From an uncultured Fidelibacterota bacterium (lineage in GTDB: Bacteria > Fidelibacterota > Marinisomatia > Marinisomatales > UBA1611), in the NCBI GenBank assembly GCA_913040915.1, contig CAJWHW010000008.1, forward strand, positions 9,808-73,807: a DNA stretch of 64,000 nt, given 5' to 3'. The position numbers and the translations under genes are program-made. Below, one piece after another: positions 1 through 9,967 of the stretch (its first letter is position 1; each line of letters begins with the position of its first letter). The notes beneath the pieces are model-generated. The model ran no database searches and was not told the origin of the DNA. It saw nothing but the letters and a program-made list of their open reading frames with translations.

Positions 1-2060
1 ATGCAGGTATGCATTTTTCATTTACGTCCAGTCCACTAAAAAAGAAAACTGATTTTAGAACAAATCTCCAAAAAATAATTGATCGAGGACTACATCAAGA
101 TGTTGCTCTGGCTGCTCTCACAACATTTCCTGCTAAAGCAATGGGCGTAGAAAAAACATTGGGGAAAATACAGCCTGGTTATATTGCAAATCTTGTAATA
201 ACTGATGGAGACTATTTTGATCCAAAATCACGAATCATTTCTCTCTGGCTTTCTGGTAAAGAACATTATATAGCACCGAGATACAAAGTAAATGTTATGG
301 GTAAATGGAGTATCACAATTGACAAAAAAATGTATAATTTGGAATTTTCCATCCCGAAACCGAAAAAGGGTGATATAGTTAGTAAAAGAAAACCATCATT
401 TGGCGGAAGACTGATTGGAAGCATAGCTATTGGTGAAGAAAAAATTAAAATCCAGGGTCTTGATATTTATGAAACTTTTATCAGCTTTACCATAGATGGA
501 AAGTCTATGGGTTTTAAAGGTACATTAGCATTTAATGGTGAATTAACTCAAGAAAATATAAATGGATCAGCTCACGACGGTTCCGGAAAAAGTTATCCAT
601 TTTCTGCTACCAGAGTAGAAAAGAAAGAATTAAAACCCAGAACCCCAGACATTCCCAGCAGTGCGTCTGTGTTTTTTCCAGAGGGTGCTTATGGATTATC
701 ACAAGAATTACTGTCACCGAATGCTGTTCTAATTGATAATGCTACAATATGGACTTGTGGTCCAAAAGGTATTCTGGAAGATTGGGATATCCTGTTTATT
801 GATGGAAAGATTGATAAAGTTTCACCAGATGTTTCCGTACCAAAAGGAAGTGCTCTTGTGATAGACGGAAGGGGTAAATATGTAACTCCAGGCCTGATTG
901 ATTGTCACAGTCATTCTGCTGCCTCATCAATAAATGAAGGAGCTCAAAATGTAACCGCGGAAGTCAGAATCCAAGATGTGCTCTATGCTGATGATATTAA
1001 TGTGTATCGTCAATTAAGTGGCGGGCTCACAACAGCCAATGTACTTCACGGCTCAGCAAATCCTATCGGTGGGCAGAATGCAGTTATAAAACTTAGGTGG
1101 GGTTCAGCACCGGAAGATCTGATTTTTAAAAATGCTCCCCAAGGAATCAAATTTGCGCTGGGTGAAAATGTAAAACAAGCCAATTGGCCTGGGACACGTT
1201 ACCCTCAGACCAGAATGGGTGTGGAACAAGTCATACGAGATGCCTTCCGTGCTGCACAAGATTATCGACATAAACATAATACCTATAATCGAAATTCAAA
1301 AGCACAGCGAAAGAAAATTCCACCTCGTAAAGATCTTGAATTAGAAGCATTAGCTGAAATCTTAGAAGGTACTAGATTACTTCATTGTCATTCCTATCGA
1401 CAAGATGAAATTTTGATGTTGACCAGAATTGCAGAAGATTTTGGATTTACAATTGCCACATTTCAGCATGTGCTGGAAGGCTATAAAGTTGCAGAAAGAT
1501 TGGCAGAGCATGGTGCGGGCGCATCCACGTTTTCTGATTGGTGGCAGTACAAATATGAAGTAATTGATGCAATACCCTATAATGGAACTTTGATGGCAAA
1601 AAATGATGTTCTTGTATCCTTTAATTCAGATGATGATGAATTAGCAAGACGAATGAACACTGAAGCAGTGAAAGCAGTGAAATATGGCGGTTTGGATGAG
1701 ATTGAAGCCTTCAAATTTGTCACTATCAACCCTGCAAGGCAGTTGGGAATTGATAAATGGGTAGGATCCCTTGAAGAAGGTAAAGATGCTGATTTTGTTA
1801 TTTGGGACGGTCCACCTCTTTCTATTTATTCTCATGTAGAAGAAACTTGGATCGAAGGTGTACGCTACTTTTCAAAGGATGAAAATATAAAACTTGAAGA
1901 AAGAGATAATAGTTTGAGACAAAACTTAATTCAAAAAATATTGTCTTCAACAACCACTTCGACTGGAAAAGAAATGAAACCAAATGGTGCCGCACCAAAA
2001 ATCCATCAACATAATTGTAATTTAACAGATGATGAACTCATGGGCTGGGAGATACAATAA
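1..2060 (+). CDS. Amidohydrolase family protein with tandem domains, 5'-partial
   Basis: PGLIDCHSH metal motif, GSLEEGKDADFVIW and GKIQPGYIANLVI amidohydrolase C-terminal motifs. The frame is open to the window edge (GCA GGT ATG), so the true start is probably upstream. Confidence 0.85.
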   Translation, partial: AGMHFSFTSSPLKKKTDFRTNLQKIIDRGLHQDVALAALTTFPAKAMGVEKTLGKIQPGYIANLVITDGDYFDPKSRIISLWLSGKEHYIAPRYKVNVMGKWSITIDKKMYNLEFSIPKPKKGDIVSKRKPSFGGRLIGSIAIGEEKIKIQGLDIYETFISFTIDGKSMGFKGTLAFNGELTQENINGSAHDGSGKSYPFSATRVEKKELKPRTPDIPSSASVFFPEGAYGLSQELLSPNAVLIDNATIWTCGPKGILEDWDILFIDGKIDKVSPDVSVPKGSALVIDGRGKYVTPGLIDCHSHSAASSINEGAQNVTAEVRIQDVLYADDINVYRQLSGGLTTANVLHGSANPIGGQNAVIKLRWGSAPEDLIFKNAPQGIKFALGENVKQANWPGTRYPQTRMGVEQVIRDAFRAAQDYRHKHNTYNRNSKAQRKKIPPRKDLELEALAEILEGTRLLHCHSYRQDEILMLTRIAEDFGFTIATFQHVLEGYKVAERLAEHGAGASTFSDWWQYKYEVIDAIPYNGTLMAKNDVLVSFNSDDDELARRMNTEAVKAVKYGGLDEIEAFKFVTINPARQLGIDKWVGSLEEGKDADFVIWDGPPLSIYSHVEETWIEGVRYFSKDENIKLEERDNSLRQNLIQKILSSTTTSTGKEMKPNGAAPKIHQHNCNLTDDELMGWEIQ

Positions 2061-3379
2061 TGAAAATATTAATATTTACCTTAACCATATCTACTATTCT
2101 GGCAAATGATCAAATTCCAGGTCTTGACCAAAAACGTCCCATTCTACTAAGAGGTGGTACACTGCATACGGTTTCAGGTGATGTACTAGAAGGGTATGAT
2201 CTATTATTTGCAAATGGAAAAATTGTTACAATTGACCAGCAAATCCAACCATCACCTGAGACTGACATCTATGATATTTACGGCAAACATGTTATACCCG
2301 GTTATATAGCAGCTTATACCAGATTGGGTTTAACAGAAATTGCGGCAGTAAGACAAACCAATGATTACGCTGAAATTGGGGATATAAATCCGAATGTAAG
2401 AGCTAACGCAAGCTACCACCCCGATTCTGATTTGATACCAGTAACCCGCTCAAATGGTGTTTTAATTGCAAACTCTGCACCAACATCCGGACGATTCCCG
2501 GGTCAATCTTCCATTATGCTAATGGACGGTTGGACTTGGGAAGACGCTACCTTGAAGCACCCGTCTGCATTACAACTAAATTGGCCCAGCATGCGTCTTA
2601 ATTTTAGGAAGGATGCCAAAAAAAAGGAGAAAGATCAACGAGATGCCTACCAAAAAGCTATACGAGAGATTGATCTGTTAGTCCGAGATGTACAAGCATA
2701 TCATCAGCGCAGATCTGTAAAAGAAAGAAAAGCTGAACAAAAACAACAGACGGATTTACGGTTAGAATCAATGATACCATTCATCATTTATAAGGAACCC
2801 ATCCACGTTCAGGCAAATGACATTCGACAAATAGAAGCAGCAGTTAAATGGGCAAATAAACACAAATTTAATATCGTGATTGTAGGTGGTCGGGATGCAT
2901 GGATGAATCCTGAATTACTGGTTAGAAATAATATACCAGTAATTTTGGTTGGAGTTCAAATGACCCCAAGGAGAAGATTTGAGCCGATTCATACGCCATA
3001 CAAGGCTCCCTCTATGCTTCATGAAGCAGGTGTTAGTTTTTGTATCTCTACAGATACAGGCTATACGTCTGATGGACAAGTACGACTACTCCCAAATGAA
3101 GCTATGCGTGCAGCTGCCTGGGGGCTACCTAAAAGCGAAGCCTTGCGATCAATTACATTATCTGCAGCTGAGATTTTAGGTGTAGATGATAAAGTCGGTT
3201 CTTTGGACCCCGGGAAGGATGCAACATTCTTCATTGCAGATACACATCCATTGATTCAAACTACAAATCCAACTAAAGCATTCATTCAAGGTCGAGAAGT
3301 AGATCTTACAGATCGTCAAAAAAATCTGTGGGAAAAGTATAAAGAAAAATACCGCCGTTTGGGCAGGCTAAATGATTGA
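2060..3379 (+). CDS. Amidohydrolase family protein with signal peptide and degenerate metal site
   Basis: GSLDPGKDATFFI motif; the HxH position reads PGYIAAYTRLG; start overlaps the upstream stop (TAATG). Confidence 0.8.
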   Translation: MKILIFTLTISTILANDQIPGLDQKRPILLRGGTLHTVSGDVLEGYDLLFANGKIVTIDQQIQPSPETDIYDIYGKHVIPGYIAAYTRLGLTEIAAVRQTNDYAEIGDINPNVRANASYHPDSDLIPVTRSNGVLIANSAPTSGRFPGQSSIMLMDGWTWEDATLKHPSALQLNWPSMRLNFRKDAKKKEKDQRDAYQKAIREIDLLVRDVQAYHQRRSVKERKAEQKQQTDLRLESMIPFIIYKEPIHVQANDIRQIEAAVKWANKHKFNIVIVGGRDAWMNPELLVRNNIPVILVGVQMTPRRRFEPIHTPYKAPSMLHEAGVSFCISTDTGYTSDGQVRLLPNEAMRAAAWGLPKSEALRSITLSAAEILGVDDKVGSLDPGKDATFFIADTHPLIQTTNPTKAFIQGREVDLTDRQKNLWEKYKEKYRRLGRLND

Positions 3380-3787
3380 TCAGACCCTCATAGTTGGAAG
3401 ACTGAAAATATAGGTAGTCCCCGCTAAAGCTGCCAGTACAGTTAAAATCTTGGCCCAGATCAGATAATCTGGAATTCCAAATACAATTGCAAATACAATA
3501 AATATCCACATGAACAAAAATACCATTATTTTTGCTTTTATTGACATTCCATTTCCTTCGCGAAAATTTTTGACATGGTGACCAAATAACTGATGATTAA
3601 TCACCCAGTCATAAAATCTTTGGGAAGAACGGTAAAAACAAGCAGCTGCCATTAACATAAAAACCGTTGTAGGCAAGCCAGGAATAATGATACCGACTAG
3701 CCCGATCATTGCAGAAATACATCCGCTAATGAGCCAAAATATGCGAGTGACTTTATTTGATTTTATCTGTGCAATGTGAAGACTCAT
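3380..3787 (-). CDS. ybaN: YbaN/DUF454 family inner membrane protein
   Basis: GIIIPGLPTTVFMLMAAACFYRSS...HQLFG...KAK signature. Confidence 0.85.
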   Translation of the reverse strand: MSLHIAQIKSNKVTRIFWLISGCISAMIGLVGIIIPGLPTTVFMLMAAACFYRSSQRFYDWVINHQLFGHHVKNFREGNGMSIKAKIMVFLFMWIFIVFAIVFGIPDYLIWAKILTVLAALAGTTYIFSLPTMRV

Positions 3788-3828
3788 ATTGTTGAACTAA
3801 CTTATTTAAAATGAATTGTAAATAAAAA

Positions 3829-4215
3829 TTAAATTGTCCGTAGCTTGATAATATAAACTGTACCTATTGTAGCAGCAATAAGTGTTATAATCTTAACAAT
3901 TAACAATTTATCAGGTATCCCAAATAATACTGAAATTGAAACGAAAACCCACATCCATGTTAATATCCTTTGCTTAGCTTTTCTTGGTATTCCCTTATAA
4001 TCTCGGAAATTTTTTACGTGCTGTCCAAAATATTTATTATTAATGGCCCATTCATATAATTTTTTTGAACTACGGAAAAAACAGGCCGCTGCAAGAATCA
4101 TTACAGGTGTCGTAGGTAAACCAGGTAAAATTATTCCAATTAATCCAATAATAGATAGTAGAATACCTAGTATTAGCCAGAAGTACCTGACGACTGGATT
4201 ATTACTTATAAACAT
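3829..4215 (-). CDS. ybaN: YbaN/DUF454 family inner membrane protein (tandem paralog)
   Basis: GIILPGLPTTPVMILAAACFFRSS...KAK signature. Confidence 0.85.
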   Translation of the reverse strand: MFISNNPVVRYFWLILGILLSIIGLIGIILPGLPTTPVMILAAACFFRSSKKLYEWAINNKYFGQHVKNFRDYKGIPRKAKQRILTWMWVFVSISVLFGIPDKLLIVKIITLIAATIGTVYIIKLRTI

Positions 4216-4252
4216 ATGTTAATTGGAATAAAATTAGAATATTTACCTTAGT

Positions 4253-4675
4253 CTAATTGAAATTTGCGTCTATATCTATAGTGAAGTCTGGATTGTCTTG
4301 TGTTAGGTCTATACTATTTATATAACTACCTATTAAGATATAATTAGTACCAGCAGTTGCGTAACCTAATGACCAATAAGTAATAGTGACTGCATCATAA
4401 GTTCTAAAAGAGAGACTATCAAAGCTGAAACTATAGTTACCACTTTGGACATTATCACTTGTTATGTAGGAGAATTTTGCTGGTGGGCCCTGCGGTGGAT
4501 AAACTGTATCTAAAGTAATCAAGACTTCACCAGTATCAGGCCATGTACCCGTAAAATTAACATTACCAGATATTGAACCATATTCTGGTAAAATTTCTTC
4601 ATCATTGTTTTTGTCTTCACAAGACACTAATACTAGTAAAATGGAAGAGAAAAATAGGCTTATAACTTTTTTCAT
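4253..4675 (-). CDS. Hypothetical lipoprotein
   Basis: MKK + hydrophobic stretch + LVS-C lipobox; SD AGGT upstream; follows the TonB receptor. Confidence 0.7.
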   Translation of the reverse strand: MKKVISLFFSSILLVLVSCEDKNNDEEILPEYGSISGNVNFTGTWPDTGEVLITLDTVYPPQGPPAKFSYITSDNVQSGNYSFSFDSLSFRTYDAVTITYWSLGYATAGTNYILIGSYINSIDLTQDNPDFTIDIDANFN

Positions 4676-4686
4676 AAATGTTACCT

Positions 4687-6849
4687 TTATTTTATTACTT
4701 TATTAATTGATATTTCAAAGTTTCTACCAGGCATTGGATAATGTTGTATAAGAACATACTGCCTATTAAAAAGATTCTTGATCCTAATTGTTAAGTCATA
4801 ATCAAGCAAAGTCTTAGACATACTAAAGTCAGTAATAAATGTGGCAGGAAGAGTCTCTAGTGGGAAAATAACTTTGTTATTTTCAATTGGATGATCATCA
4901 CTTAAGAAGTCTTCATATAATTGCGTGCTGGTATATTTCGTTGATAATGTAAAATCAATACCAGGTGTCTTTTGTAATACCGTAAACCTTATTTTATGAT
5001 TCGGACGGTAAAGTAATGGAAAATCTGCTTTTACATTTTCCATATCCAAATAGCTATAATTAAAATTAATGATTGAACCTGTTCGATTTAAATTCATATT
5101 TGAACCAAGCTCAAAACCTTTACCATGAACTGTCCCACGATTAACAGATCTGACAGGAATAGTATAAACAAAATCAATCATATCTCTGTAACGATTAAAG
5201 AAAAGATTACCAAAAAATGAAAAATTCCCTTCTGCTTGATACTCAAACCCTGATTCAATATTCGTTAATGATTCAGCATTTAAGCTTGGATTACCTTGCA
5301 ACAAAAGGCCATAACTACTTTCATACTCTAAAAATAATTCTGAAATGGAAGGAGCTCTGAAACCCTGATTAATTGATATATAAACTTTTGTTTTTGAATT
5401 TATACTTTGGGATAGACTAAGTTTTGGAGAAATTGCTTTAAATAACTTCGGCTTATATCTATCACCACCCTTGACTTCTCTAAAATCATATCGTAAGCCA
5501 AAATCAAACATAATTTTATTAAAAATCTCTTTTCTAAACTGTGCAAAACCTGCAGTCGTAAATTGTTCTGGTTGTACGTATATGTTTCTTAAAACATTGG
5601 ACCTGGACTGGTCTAAAGAGATTTCTGTACCTATTACCAGGTTGGTTTCTTCATTATAAAACTTCTGTAACTGACTTCTAAAAATATAGCTTTTATCACG
5701 ATAATGTGTCTTGCCTAGGATTTTATTTTCTGGAGCATCATTACGATCATTATAATCAGTATCAAACTGATTTGAAGCTATTGAAACAGAAATTATGCTC
5801 TGGCCTAATAGTGCTTTATAATAAAACTGTAGATAACTACTCAATCGGTTAGACTCTCTGTAAGATATTAAACCTGGATTATCTGGATAAACAAAACCAG
5901 GTTGGCCATTGAAACTATTTGCATTGATGAATGAGAATTGAACCTGTTGATTAATTGATATTGATCTATTTAGCTTAACGGAAAATCGTTTTTGTTCATA
6001 ACCTGAATTAAATCTGTGGCCATTTGAACTACCGTAACCAACTGAGCTAACAATCTTTGTATTTTTTATACTTCCAGTATATGATAAAGAAAGGGCATTT
6101 GAACCATAACTACCATAACGTAACCTAGGGTACCATTCATTTGAATAATTACCTGTTTTCGTAACTAAATTAACAATACCTCCCATAGAATTATGGCCAT
6201 AGACTGATGAAGCAGGACCCCTAACAACTTCAATATGTTTTATTGTTTCAAACGGTATTGCATTCCAATCTGATGAACCAGAATTCGGTATTGAAACTGG
6301 AAAACCATCAAGCAGAAGTAAGACTCTATTGTTATAACCGCCTGGCTTGAAGTCAGATGATCCTCTAATTGAAATATTCACATTTCGCCCATAATCATGA
6401 GCACTCTGAACTTCAATACCATGAAGATTAGTTAGGAGAGCAGAAAGAGTCTCTTGATCAGTGTTAGTTACCTTATTTCTTTCTACTATTTCCGTTGTTT
6501 CAGGCGAGTGTTTGGATGGAATAAACCCCATTACATTTATTGCTTTCCATTGAATAGAACTCTTTTCAAGTGCTATATCTAGGTACAATTGACCTGTATT
6601 GTTAATATCAATTATTTGAGAAAACTGTTTATAACCAATAATAGAAAAAAGTATTTTGTAATTACCTTGTGGAAGATTTTCTAATTGGAAATAACCATTG
6701 CTATCAGATGCTGTACCAGTATTTAATTCTTCTATAATAATATTTACACTTTCTAGTGGGTTTTTAGACTCTGAATCATAAATGCTACCCGAGATAGATA
6801 AACCATTTAAAAAAGAAGTGCAAATTAGAAACAAGCTTAAAAAGTACAT
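4687..6849 (-). CDS. TonB-dependent receptor with N-terminal carboxypeptidase-like regulatory domain
   Basis: Plug motifs ISIRG, LLLLDG and IEVVRGPASSVYG; GFRAP and NPSL barrel motifs; NLFN...PGRNF C-terminus. Confidence 0.9.
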   Translation of the reverse strand: MYFLSLFLICTSFLNGLSISGSIYDSESKNPLESVNIIIEELNTGTASDSNGYFQLENLPQGNYKILFSIIGYKQFSQIIDINNTGQLYLDIALEKSSIQWKAINVMGFIPSKHSPETTEIVERNKVTNTDQETLSALLTNLHGIEVQSAHDYGRNVNISIRGSSDFKPGGYNNRVLLLLDGFPVSIPNSGSSDWNAIPFETIKHIEVVRGPASSVYGHNSMGGIVNLVTKTGNYSNEWYPRLRYGSYGSNALSLSYTGSIKNTKIVSSVGYGSSNGHRFNSGYEQKRFSVKLNRSISINQQVQFSFINANSFNGQPGFVYPDNPGLISYRESNRLSSYLQFYYKALLGQSIISVSIASNQFDTDYNDRNDAPENKILGKTHYRDKSYIFRSQLQKFYNEETNLVIGTEISLDQSRSNVLRNIYVQPEQFTTAGFAQFRKEIFNKIMFDFGLRYDFREVKGGDRYKPKLFKAISPKLSLSQSINSKTKVYISINQGFRAPSISELFLEYESSYGLLLQGNPSLNAESLTNIESGFEYQAEGNFSFFGNLFFNRYRDMIDFVYTIPVRSVNRGTVHGKGFELGSNMNLNRTGSIINFNYSYLDMENVKADFPLLYRPNHKIRFTVLQKTPGIDFTLSTKYTSTQLYEDFLSDDHPIENNKVIFPLETLPATFITDFSMSKTLLDYDLTIRIKNLFNRQYVLIQHYPMPGRNFEISINKVIK

Positions 6850-6867
6850 TATCGCCTTAAATAATAC

Positions 6868-7464
6868 TTAATTATTGATTTTAGGGTCTCTTATCAGTTC
6901 ATTGAGAAGATTCTCTACATCTTTATCAGTCACTGGCTCCTTTTTATCTCCCATAAATACAAGCCCCATGAAAAGGCCACCAAGAGCTTTAAACATAAGT
7001 TGTGGATCGACTTTAGGGAACTCACCTAGCTTTATGCCATCTTCTAACAGACCTTGAATAACAGCATAAAGTCTATGTTGGTATTCTTTCCATGGTTGTT
7101 GATCTAATTTGATTATTTTTGGGACATCGAAAAGGAACTCAAACAACCCAGGCCTATTTTGAGCATTTTCAGCTATTTTTATTAGTACATTAATAAAAGT
7201 TTTTCTGGGAGAATTCTCATCTGATATAACGGGCTCTAATGATTCCCATATATTCTTCCAACCATCAACTAAAATTGCTGACAATACATCTTCTTTTGAT
7301 TTGAAGTAATAATAAAGTGTAGCTTTGCCAAATCCAGCTGCATTTGAAATTTCATCCATAGTAGCACCCTCGAGACCCTTCGTTTTGAAAACTTCGAGGG
7401 CACCTAATAATATACGCTCTTGGCGCATTTTTCTTTCTTCTAATTGACGTCTAGAAACAGACAT
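6868..7464 (-). CDS. TetR/AcrR family transcriptional regulator
   Basis: ATMDEISNAAGFGKATLYYYFKSKE helix-turn-helix. Confidence 0.9.
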   Translation of the reverse strand: MSVSRRQLEERKMRQERILLGALEVFKTKGLEGATMDEISNAAGFGKATLYYYFKSKEDVLSAILVDGWKNIWESLEPVISDENSPRKTFINVLIKIAENAQNRPGLFEFLFDVPKIIKLDQQPWKEYQHRLYAVIQGLLEDGIKLGEFPKVDPQLMFKALGGLFMGLVFMGDKKEPVTDKDVENLLNELIRDPKINN

Positions 7465-7492
7465 ATTGATTGTTCCAAAATCTAAATATATA

Positions 7493-7538
7493 TTCGAATG
7501 ACCGGTCGAAATTTAAAACCTGTGTTTTTATAATACAA
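7493..7538 (-). promoter_or_regulatory. Sigma70-like promoter (TTGTAT-N17-TAAATT) followed by a palindromic operator core GACCGGTC
   Basis: -35 at 7533-7538, -10 at 7510-7515, GACCGGTC at 7500-7507, flanking TTCGA/TCGAA repeat at 7493-7510. Confidence 0.55.
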
Positions 7539-7647
7539 AATGATTCATATAATTATAATTATTTTTTTTCCAGTAACTTTGATTACGACAATAAAGTATA
7601 TTGTTATACTAAAATAATAATCTTCAGAAAAACTTTTAACAAATAAA

Positions 7648-8640
7648 ATGCAAAATGATTATCTTGATAGTAGTAATAGGATAGGGATCTTGATTTCCAA
7701 TTTAGGTACCCCTAGTTCCACATCAACAAAAGATTTAAGGAGTTATCTTAATCAATTTCTGATGGATAAAAGGGTAATTGATTTGCCAAGAGTACTATGG
7801 ATACCTATCCTAAAACTAATTATATTAAACATAAGGCCAAGAAAATCTGCAAAATTATATAAAGCTATTTGGACGGAAGAAGGTTCTCCTTTACTATCCT
7901 ATTCAGAAAAAATTGTTCAAAAACTATCAGCATTATTTGATAAACGAATTACATTAGTTCTTGGTATGCGGTATGGTACACCTTCCATATCAGATGCAAT
8001 GGATGTTCTAAGAAAAAAGAAAATTTCAAAGATAATAGTACTCCCATTATATCCACAGGCAGGTTCACCAACCACAGCAAGCACATTTGATGCAGTAGCT
8101 GGTTATTTAAAAAATATCTCGTGGATGCCAAATTTAAAATTTATATCTGGATATCATGACCATGACGATTACATCAATGCTTTGGTCAAAACAATAAATA
8201 ACAGTTTTAAAAATAATGGTAAGCCTGATAAATTAATTTTCAGTTTTCATGGAATGCCATATCGCTATTTAGAAAAAGGTGATCCCTACTATTGTTTTTG
8301 CCACAAGACGGCTCGTTTGACTGCTGAAAGCTTAAAACTTAATGAAAATTCTTATCTTGTTGCGTTCCAATCCAGGTTCGGATCAGATAAATGGCTAGAA
8401 CCATATATTGATAAGTTACTCATCGATGAAGCAACTAGTGGTACAAAATATATTCAAGTGATTTCACCAGGGTTTGCAGTTGATTGCCTCGAAACATTAG
8501 AAGAAATAAGCATACAATATCGTGAATTATTCATTTCTAATGGTGGTGAAAAATTTGAATATATACCCTGTTTAAATGATGATGATGATCAAATAAATTT
8601 GTTTCATAAAATAATCAATAACTGTATTGCAGATTGGTGA
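7648..8640 (+). CDS. hemH: Ferrochelatase
   Basis: NLGTP, GMRYG, PLYPQ, FSFHG, FQSRFG..WLEP and DCLETLEE motifs. Confidence 0.95.
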   Translation: MQNDYLDSSNRIGILISNLGTPSSTSTKDLRSYLNQFLMDKRVIDLPRVLWIPILKLIILNIRPRKSAKLYKAIWTEEGSPLLSYSEKIVQKLSALFDKRITLVLGMRYGTPSISDAMDVLRKKKISKIIVLPLYPQAGSPTTASTFDAVAGYLKNISWMPNLKFISGYHDHDDYINALVKTINNSFKNNGKPDKLIFSFHGMPYRYLEKGDPYYCFCHKTARLTAESLKLNENSYLVAFQSRFGSDKWLEPYIDKLLIDEATSGTKYIQVISPGFAVDCLETLEEISIQYRELFISNGGEKFEYIPCLNDDDDQINLFHKIINNCIADW

Positions 8641-9966
8641 TTATTTTAATTTCTTTATAAGTAGATCAGCCTGTTTAAAAATATCGTGTATATGTAGATA
8701 CGAAAATTGTGCACTGCGTCCAATGGTATATAAATTTTTGAATCCGCTTAAAAATGAAAAAACATTATCTATTTTTTTTTCACTATCAATTTTTAGAATT
8801 GGATAGGCATATTTCAAATCGATTACTTTATGCCCTATAATTTGTTCATCATCAATTAATTTATTATCAATAAGGATATCACGCGTCATTGAGAAAACTT
8901 GCTCTTCTTTTAATGGATGCAATAAGGAATCTGGGCCGTAAGGGATTTCAATTACTATGCAAGTTTTATCATTTGGAGCCATTTTACTGCTTCTGTTTTT
9001 AGGCTCATAAATACGTGTAAACGGGTAAATGGATTCTGGAAAATAAATTGATGCATTTTTAGTAAAATTAGGTGTGTCTAGATAAATAATACACAGATAT
9101 AAATTTCTATAGTGGATACTATTTACTATATCTCTAATCTCTATTGGCGGAGGTGGATCTAAGGCATTGATTAAAATATTTATTGGTAAAGTACTAACAA
9201 CCTTTTCAATATTTTCAATTATATTATGTCCGGTGGTAATTTTTGTTATTCTACTATCATTGTGGTATAATTTGGTTATTGTTGTATTGTAGTAGATCGA
9301 AGTATGGTCAAAACTGTCTTTGATTCTTTCAAATATTGTTCCAAAACCATATACAGGATAATAAAATGAACCATCAAGATGATTAACCTTCTGAGAATTA
9401 AAAATTAATTGTTTAATTAATGAGGTAATATTTAGATTTTTCAATCTATTACCTGAGACTTTAATATCTAATTCATGAGCAGGACTACCCCATAATTTTT
9501 CTGTATAATTAATAAGAAATAATTCAGATAAAGTTTTGCCGTATAATTGATATGCATAATTCTTAAAATCATCATACTTATTATTTCGTATGAAAAGATT
9601 ATTAAAGTTTTCAATGAAAATTTTGTATATGGTAGTTTTATCTAGCTTTTTTAAAATACTATAAAAATTTAATGGAAAATCTATCATTCCCCCTTTGTGA
9701 TAGATTTGGCTAGGAGCATTGACCTGTTTTAATTCATTACCCATAAAATGTTTTATTTCAGTAGTTATTTCATCATATTTATCATGAAATCTGTGTGCGC
9801 CAGTATCGTAACTAAATTGTCCATCTTTTATAGTTTTACAATTCCCACCAACCTGATTTGAGCTTTCATAAAGATTAAAAATAATATTATTCTTTTTCGC
9901 ATAATACCCCACAGCAAGGCCTGCTGGGCCAGCTCCAAGAATATGTAATTTTGAATGGTCTACCAT
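8641..9966 (-). CDS. FAD-dependent oxidoreductase (HemY-like / UDP-galactopyranose-mutase-like superfamily)
   Basis: GAGPAG dinucleotide motif, VGGNC...DTGAHRFH, FYYPVYGFG, IGRSAQFSY. Confidence 0.75.
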   Translation of the reverse strand: MVDHSKLHILGAGPAGLAVGYYAKKNNIIFNLYESSNQVGGNCKTIKDGQFSYDTGAHRFHDKYDEITTEIKHFMGNELKQVNAPSQIYHKGGMIDFPLNFYSILKKLDKTTIYKIFIENFNNLFIRNNKYDDFKNYAYQLYGKTLSELFLINYTEKLWGSPAHELDIKVSGNRLKNLNITSLIKQLIFNSQKVNHLDGSFYYPVYGFGTIFERIKDSFDHTSIYYNTTITKLYHNDSRITKITTGHNIIENIEKVVSTLPINILINALDPPPPIEIRDIVNSIHYRNLYLCIIYLDTPNFTKNASIYFPESIYPFTRIYEPKNRSSKMAPNDKTCIVIEIPYGPDSLLHPLKEEQVFSMTRDILIDNKLIDDEQIIGHKVIDLKYAYPILKIDSEKKIDNVFSFLSGFKNLYTIGRSAQFSYLHIHDIFKQADLLIKKLK

Positions 9967-9967
9967 T

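Noticed and set aside
8641..9966. Calling this hemY/hemG because it abuts hemH
   Set aside because: It is convergent with hemH and coupled to a GT-C-like gene; its motifs fit the glycan-associated flavoprotein group at least as well
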